DNA of 42,350 bases, from the NCBI GenBank assembly GCA_003250835.1, contig QKJL01000018.1:1-42350 (forward strand), written 5' to 3'. The notes beneath the pieces are model-generated. The model ran no database searches and was not told where the DNA came from. It saw only the letters and a list, made by a program, of their open reading frames with translations. Shown piece after piece: positions 36,725-42,350 of the stretch (position 1 is the first letter of the stretch; the number at the start of each line of letters is the position of its first letter). The translations under genes were made by a program, and so were the position numbers. The DNA is from Alphaproteobacteria bacterium. GTDB lineage: Bacteria > Pseudomonadota > Alphaproteobacteria > Rs-D84 > SZUA-605.

Positions 36725-38338
36725 CTATCCTACTTGTTTTTTAATCAACCACATTTGAGCCACTGATAGAGCATTTGATACTGTCCAGTACAATACTAAT
36801 CCTGATGGTAAACCTGCAAACATGATTAAGAAAATCAATGGCAAGTATTTCAACACCGGCGTTGCAGCATTTTGCTCTGTTCCTTGAATATGTTGTTGCA
36901 CCCACATTGTTACAGCCATTAATACTGGTAATAATCCAATTACAGGCATCCATGCAGGCATTGAGAACGGCAACAACCCAAATAAGTTAAAAATTGATGT
37001 TGGATCTGCTACTGATAAATCAGAAAGATACAAGAAGCTTGCATGACGTAAATCAATTGAAATTAACAACGCCTTATATAATCCAAACAAAATTGGAATT
37101 TGTAAAACCATTGGTAAACATCCTGACATTGGTGACACTTTATGTTTTTGATAGAGTTTCATCAATTCTTGGTTTTGACGCATCTTATCTGTTTTATATA
37201 AGTTTTGGATACGTTTCATTTCTGGTTGCAATTTTTTCATTGCCATCATTGAGCGGAATGATTTTTTTGATAATGGGTACAACAGCAAGCGAATCACCAA
37301 TGTTAGTATGATAATTGCAATCCCCATATTGCCAGTCCATTTTGTTAACCCATTTAATGCATGCGCTAACGGCGCTGCGATAATATGAAATGTTCCATAG
37401 TTGATTGATAAATCTAAACGTTCAAACCCATATTTTTTCATATACGCTTGCACAACATCAGATTCCTTTGCTCCAACATATAAATGTGTTGTGTATTCAA
37501 TTTTTCCGTTTGTTGGGATTACTTTTTTCTCACCAATCATATCTGTTTGCGCGATTGCAAGTTTACCACCTTCTACCACTCCATTATAACGGATTGTATT
37601 ATCTTCTGATGGTACCATTACTAATGTTTGCCAGTATTGATCTGATAAACCAAACCAACCAGATCTTGAAGTATATTCGAACTTTTCATCTTTAAGATCG
37701 TTGTATTTAATTGAATCTAAACTTTCATCAAGATAATGTGTGATTTTTTCATATTGATCTGCTTTTTCATCTTTTTCAAACTTCTTTACCATTTTCACAT
37801 ATGGATACATTGTCAGTTCTTTTGCTGTTTTATTTGTTACAACTTCTTTTACTGTTAATAAATAATTTTCATCCATTGAATATGTACGCACAAATTCAAC
37901 ACCTTTATTATTTTTCCATAACAATACAATTTCATTTTCAGATGTTTTAATTGAACTCCATGATGATTGATCTGATGGTACTGTCATATTCTTATCATCA
38001 GATACCCATCCGATTTCCGCAAATTGATCTTTTGTTAAAACTTTTACATCACCAGAATCTTTTGCAGTTGTTTCTTTGTATTTATTTAAAACAGCACCAT
38101 CCAAACGAATCCCATTTGTATTTAATTCGATTGTCATATTGTCTGTTTTTAATTCAGTTATTTTACGTAGCAAAGGCTTTACTGCTTCTTTTGGTGCAAT
38201 TATTTCAGCCATTTTATCCATTACTACTTGCTGTTGCTTTGGGAAAAAGAAATGTACAATTCCCATTGATAATGCCATAAAAATTAGAAAGCGTGCGAAA
38301 AATTGTTTTGCGTCAGTTTGATTGTTTTGTTGTAACAT
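36725..38338 (-). CDS. yidC: Membrane protein insertase YidC
   Basis: GCLPMVLQIPI, DLSVADP, PSGLVLYW; conserved context. Confidence 0.95.
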   Translation of the reverse strand: MLQQNNQTDAKQFFARFLIFMALSMGIVHFFFPKQQQVVMDKMAEIIAPKEAVKPLLRKITELKTDNMTIELNTNGIRLDGAVLNKYKETTAKDSGDVKVLTKDQFAEIGWVSDDKNMTVPSDQSSWSSIKTSENEIVLLWKNNKGVEFVRTYSMDENYLLTVKEVVTNKTAKELTMYPYVKMVKKFEKDEKADQYEKITHYLDESLDSIKYNDLKDEKFEYTSRSGWFGLSDQYWQTLVMVPSEDNTIRYNGVVEGGKLAIAQTDMIGEKKVIPTNGKIEYTTHLYVGAKESDVVQAYMKKYGFERLDLSINYGTFHIIAAPLAHALNGLTKWTGNMGIAIIILTLVIRLLLYPLSKKSFRSMMAMKKLQPEMKRIQNLYKTDKMRQNQELMKLYQKHKVSPMSGCLPMVLQIPILFGLYKALLISIDLRHASFLYLSDLSVADPTSIFNLFGLLPFSMPAWMPVIGLLPVLMAVTMWVQQHIQGTEQNAATPVLKYLPLIFLIMFAGLPSGLVLYWTVSNALSVAQMWLIKKQVG

Positions 38339-38342
38339 GATA

Positions 38343-38576
38343 TTATTTATCCTCTTTCTTGTCTAAATCTGGTACGGGATCAAACCCGAATTTACCGCCT
38401 GGACGACAGCTGATAATACGCTTTATAGCAAGCTTTCCGCCTGTAATCAAGCCGTATCTTTTAATTGCTTCATAACTGTAGTGTGAACACGTTGGTTGAA
38501 ATCGGCATTGACGCCCAATAATTGGTGAAAGTAGATGTTGGTACAAACGAATTAAAAATAAAGCAATATACTTCAT
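38343..38576 (-). CDS. yidD: Membrane protein insertion efficiency factor
   Basis: YQ..LSP, CRFQPTCSHY, RIISCRP, GFDPVP. Confidence 0.95.
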   Translation of the reverse strand: MKYIALFLIRLYQHLLSPIIGRQCRFQPTCSHYSYEAIKRYGLITGGKLAIKRIISCRPGGKFGFDPVPDLDKKEDK

Positions 38577-38942
38577 TTATTCGATACCTTCATCCAATTG
38601 ACGATGGATATGTTTTAAACACCAGAGAAAATCTTGTTGCATTTTTTCAAAATCTTCTTCTAATGCATTTCTTTTGGCTACGATTACGTATCCAACCTGA
38701 GATCTTACTGCATGTTTTAATAATTTTGTTAATTCACGAATACGACGTTTAGCTCGATTACGATCCACAGCCAGCTTTGAAACAGCCTTTTTGGACACTG
38801 TAAATCCTACGATTGCCTCACCTTCATCTACATGACAGCAGTTCGATTGCGCGTAAATAGTAAAAGCAGGGGCCGACCAGCGTGTCCCCTGTTTTTGAAT
38901 TTCTTTAAAATCCTGTGATTTCTTTAATCTTTTAATTAGCAT
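38577..38942 (-). CDS. rnpA: Ribonuclease P protein component
   Basis: RLKKSQDF, GFTVSKK, AVDRNRAKRRIRE. Confidence 0.93.
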   Translation of the reverse strand: MLIKRLKKSQDFKEIQKQGTRWSAPAFTIYAQSNCCHVDEGEAIVGFTVSKKAVSKLAVDRNRAKRRIRELTKLLKHAVRSQVGYVIVAKRNALEEDFEKMQQDFLWCLKHIHRQLDEGIE

Positions 38943-38952
38943 ATCTTGCCAA

Positions 38953-39087
38953 TTACGCAGATAAAACTTTACGTCCTTTTGCGCGACGTGCGTTTAAAAC
39001 CTTGCGTCCATTTGCAGTTGCCATACGTGCACGGAATCCGTGACGTCGAGCGCGAACTAATTTTGACGGTTGAAATGTACGTTTCAT
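38953..39087 (-). CDS. rpmH: 50S ribosomal protein L34 (not in ORF track)
   Basis: Translates as [44 protein letters not shown]. Confidence 0.97.
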   Translation of the reverse strand: MKRTFQPSKLVRARRHGFRARMATANGRKVLNARRAKGRKVLSA

Positions 39088-39167
39088 CTTTGTTACCTCA
39101 TCATTTTGTTTTTAAGTTGGTGTTTTATATCATCCCGTTACACTAAAGTCAAGGGTAAAACGTCTTT

Positions 39168-40181
39168 TTAATATTTTAATGTGAACCGCACACCGTATTT
39201 TTCATTCTTATTATACATAAAACGTGCATAATATGGTGTATATGTCGTTAAATATGTCCCATAATAGTCATCCCCAATCACACGTTCGTAAAATCCACTT
39301 ACCATTAATTTTTTTGGTAAAATTTCATAATTTACTTCTGTTTTAATTGTATGACCTTGATCATAACGATATTCATATGGGATTGATCCACTGTATTCAT
39401 ATTCTGTTGTACGATAATCTTTATATGTATAATCTAAGCCTACTGAGAATGTTTTACTGAAACGATACAATGCTTCTAATCCAGCATACTCTTGCTTCAA
39501 AACCTTTTGTTCCCATGTTTCACTCTGTTTATATTCTGATTGTTTAAATATCCCCCATTTAAACGCTACTGTCAGATGTGAGAATGTTTTACCAACCTTA
39601 ATTCCCCCACCAATTTTTTCAGCTTCTTCCATCATATCTGATGATGTTTTAGCTTTTGTATAATATCCTTCCAATTGTACTGTAAATGGCAGGTAATCTT
39701 CATCTACTACATTCCATTTAAATCCAAACAGAGGATCATAGCTGTCTGTTTTTAACTCACTCATTTGATATGAGTAATCATTTGATGCCAAACGTTCTAT
39801 ATGTGAATATTGTTCATAACGCCATGTTAAGTATAATGAGAAATTATTAAACACTCCAGTAACAGCAGCCGCATCATAGAACAAGCTGTCACGATGATAA
39901 TAACCATCGCGGTATGTTGTTTTATACTGATTATCATAATCAATATCTTGATCTGATCGCGTTGATCCTACGGCGAAATCCATTTCCCCTTGCTTTGGCA
40001 AATACAAAGGATCGGCCATTGATCGATTTTTATGCGGTTTGTTTTTTTCTAAACGCTCGGCTGTTACTTCAGCTTTCTGTTCTTTATTTTTTTCTGATGA
40101 TTCATTTGCAACTTGTGTAGCATTTGCCCCTGCACTCATCATGCAAACCATTATCCATGATAATAGAATTGCTTTTTTCAT
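39168..40181 (-). CDS. Putative outer-membrane beta-barrel protein
   Basis: Signal peptide, Tyr/Gly-rich alternating strands, C-terminal YGVRFTLKY. Confidence 0.75.
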   Translation of the reverse strand: MKKAILLSWIMVCMMSAGANATQVANESSEKNKEQKAEVTAERLEKNKPHKNRSMADPLYLPKQGEMDFAVGSTRSDQDIDYDNQYKTTYRDGYYHRDSLFYDAAAVTGVFNNFSLYLTWRYEQYSHIERLASNDYSYQMSELKTDSYDPLFGFKWNVVDEDYLPFTVQLEGYYTKAKTSSDMMEEAEKIGGGIKVGKTFSHLTVAFKWGIFKQSEYKQSETWEQKVLKQEYAGLEALYRFSKTFSVGLDYTYKDYRTTEYEYSGSIPYEYRYDQGHTIKTEVNYEILPKKLMVSGFYERVIGDDYYGTYLTTYTPYYARFMYNKNEKYGVRFTLKY

Positions 40182-40219
40182 TCAGTTTTTCCTTTCTTCA
40201 AAAAAATGCTTAATAATTA

Positions 40220-40822
40220 CTATGGTTTTTTACCTTGTGGCATTTCCACAGGTACTTCGTTTTTATTTTTAAGCTTATCAACAGCAACCCATGTTCCTAG
40301 CCCTGCTGCGATAACTCCTGCTCCTACAGCGACTCCCGTTGCTGTTTTCTTTTTCTTTTCCATTGATACAAGGTCGTCTTGACATTTATTTGTTGTCGCT
40401 TTCCATTCATCAATTGCGGATGTATATTCTGTGTTCATTCTGTCACATTCGATTTTAAAACTGCCATACACATTTTCAATGCGACTTGCAATTTGTTTAT
40501 ATGCTTCTGCTTGGCATGATGCTGATAACCCATTTAAATCGTATCCCGCAGACGCCAATGATTGTTCCATCATTGTAACAGACGTACAATAACTTGCTGC
40601 ACAGGTTTGATTTAACTGTGCTGTAATTTCATTTGTTGGACATGTTGTCGCCGCCGTTGATGATACTGATGAATCCGTTACTCCTGAACGTGCTAATTCT
40701 TCTGCTTGTTCAGCTTCTTCCTGTGCTGCTTTGATCCCATCACCTTTTTGCCAACGCGCTTCGGCTGCAAATGCACAGCATACACATAAGACCATAAAAG
40801 GTATCTTTTTGAATTTAAACAT
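40220..40822 (-). CDS. Secreted Cys-containing protein with C-terminal membrane anchor
   Basis: Signal peptide from MFKFKK (GAGGA SD), 6 Cys in the mature part, Gly/Ala/Val TM near the C-terminus. Confidence 0.7.
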   Translation of the reverse strand: MFKFKKIPFMVLCVCCAFAAEARWQKGDGIKAAQEEAEQAEELARSGVTDSSVSSTAATTCPTNEITAQLNQTCAASYCTSVTMMEQSLASAGYDLNGLSASCQAEAYKQIASRIENVYGSFKIECDRMNTEYTSAIDEWKATTNKCQDDLVSMEKKKKTATGVAVGAGVIAAGLGTWVAVDKLKNKNEVPVEMPQGKKP

Positions 40823-40904
40823 GTTTTTCCTCTTTACTTTTGAGCTCTTCCTCATTATACCATAAATCACGATTAAAGACAATTGCTTAAATTAGGATAA
40901 TGCG

Positions 40905-41588
40905 ATGGAAAATACAAAACATTTAAAACGCTTTTATGGACGCCGTCACGGTAAAGGATTAAGTGACATCAAACAAGATTTGATGGATCAAATGATGCCT
41001 AAACTCGCCCTTCCATTGGCAGATATTTCAGATATGCATTCCTTATTTGGCATGAATGTTGATCGTATTCACCTTGATATTGGTTTTGGTGGAGGTGAAA
41101 ATTTAATTCAACGTATTATTGATCATTCAGTAACAGGCTTTATTGGTGCTGAACCATTTATTGATGGTGTTGGTAGCTTTTTAGCTCATTTAGATAATCA
41201 AGCCGATAAATCATACCAAGAACGTATTCGTTTATTTGCCGATGATGTACGTGATATGATCCCACATTTTCCAGATGCCTCAATTGATAGTTTATCTATC
41301 CTGTATCCGGATCCATGGCCGAAAGCACGTCACCATAAACGTCGTATGATTGTGATGGATAACTTGGATATGTTTGCACGCATTTTGAAATCAGGATCAT
41401 TAATTGAACTTGCAAGTGATATTCCAGATTACATTGAAAATGCATTGGAAAACTTTACAGCACATGATGCATTTGAAATTATTTCTGTTTCAAGAGAACC
41501 ATTTGAAGGATGGACATCAACACGTTATGAACAAAAAGCTATCCGTGAAGGACGTACCCCACAATACGTTACTTTGAAACGTATTTAA
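40905..41588 (+). CDS. trmB: tRNA (guanine-N7)-methyltransferase
   Basis: LDIGFGGGE, FIGAEPF, YPDPWPKARHHKRR, TRYEQKA. Confidence 0.95.
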   Translation: MENTKHLKRFYGRRHGKGLSDIKQDLMDQMMPKLALPLADISDMHSLFGMNVDRIHLDIGFGGGENLIQRIIDHSVTGFIGAEPFIDGVGSFLAHLDNQADKSYQERIRLFADDVRDMIPHFPDASIDSLSILYPDPWPKARHHKRRMIVMDNLDMFARILKSGSLIELASDIPDYIENALENFTAHDAFEIISVSREPFEGWTSTRYEQKAIREGRTPQYVTLKRI

Positions 41589-41652
41589 GACATCTTTTTT
41601 AATGTATTTATTTATATACCCTGTTATACTAACAGGACTGAGGAGAATTATT

Positions 41653-42350
41653 ATGCCCCAAAACAATACGACACAACAACCTACATTACCGAATAGAATC
41701 ATTCCTTTTATGTGGCATTTTTTTCGTAAACATAAATGGAAATTTTTTGGTGTACTTACAACCGTCCTTATCACTTTTTTAGTTGGACGTGTTTCGACGA
41801 AACTCTTATTTCGTGAAATCATTGCTGAGATTGAACATTTTTCAGGTGATAAATCAGCTATTATTGAACATATTGGCATTTTACTTTTTGCCATGATTGC
41901 TGCGGAGGTTATTGCTGAGGTTTCAACAGTTTTACGCGATATATTGGATCGTCATATGACGCCAGTCCTTCGCAAAAACATTAACCTTGAATTACTTGAT
42001 TATACACATAAACATTCTTACACTTATTTTACAGACAATATGAGCGGTTCAGTTGCACGTAAAATCAGTGATATTCAATCAAGTTTATTAGATTATTTTT
42101 ATCCACTCATTACTTGGGAACTTATTCCAAGTATTGGGTTCTTAATCATAAATATTGTTATTTTTTCTTTAATCCACCCTCTTCTTGGAGGAGCATTGAT
42201 TGCTTGGACAATTATTCAATTCATTATCATGATGTTCTCCATCAAAAAATGGAATGTATATCAAAAAGAATCTGCTGAAGCTGATTCAATTGTATCTGGA
42301 AAATTAACCGACAGTTTGATTAATTTTATGAATGTAAAATTTTTCTCACG
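41653..42350 (+). CDS. ABC transporter permease/ATP-binding protein (partial, N-terminal TMD)
   Basis: Open frame from MPQNNT to the window end; HSYTYFTDNMSGSVARKI, SGKLTDSLINFMNVKFFS; GAGGAG SD. Confidence 0.85.
   Translation, partial: MPQNNTTQQPTLPNRIIPFMWHFFRKHKWKFFGVLTTVLITFLVGRVSTKLLFREIIAEIEHFSGDKSAIIEHIGILLFAMIAAEVIAEVSTVLRDILDRHMTPVLRKNINLELLDYTHKHSYTYFTDNMSGSVARKISDIQSSLLDYFYPLITWELIPSIGFLIINIVIFSLIHPLLGGALIAWTIIQFIIMMFSIKKWNVYQKESAEADSIVSGKLTDSLINFMNVKFFS

Noticed and set aside
38946-39146. 66-aa plus-strand ORF
   Set aside because: It is the antisense shadow of rpmH.
41517-41894. 125-aa minus-strand ORF and the other short overlapping ORFs in the track
   Set aside because: They are antisense or alternate-frame shadows of well-supported genes (trmB, ABC transporter, lon, pyrG, topA, yidC and others).

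Overview
AT-rich chromosomal segment of what appears to be a (facultatively) anaerobic alphaproteobacterium, inferred from the style of rne, lon, efp, pal and the rpmH-rnpA-yidD-yidC-engB gene order. Most of it is housekeeping: a split class III RNR-nrdG-trxB-sufBC cluster, efp, rne, lon, tsaB/rimI, pyrG, secG, ymdB, rnhA, rplU/rpmA, topA and trmB. Between these genes sit small standalone orphan units, each with its own TTGAC-type promoter and intrinsic terminator and an A/U-rich leader with no Shine-Dalgarno (SD) sequence. Several of these leaders share the motif AA(A)CCTATTATT(AAT). The orphans include three diverged tandem paralogs at 53-1288, a Cys/His-rich mini-protein operon at 29550-30176, and two lipoproteins. 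The most striking element is a ~410-nt minus-strand unit at ~30717-31124 with no long ORF. It is richly structured (three GNRA-capped hairpins, strand-specific G-U pairs) and can be folded by eye as a tRNA-like cloverleaf split in the D-loop by a 219-nt stem-closed insert. It is bracketed by two exact copies of the same AAACCTATTATT motif. No CRISPR array, integrase, transposase, rRNA or canonical tRNA was found. All calls are by-eye motif recognition; no database search or folding program was run.
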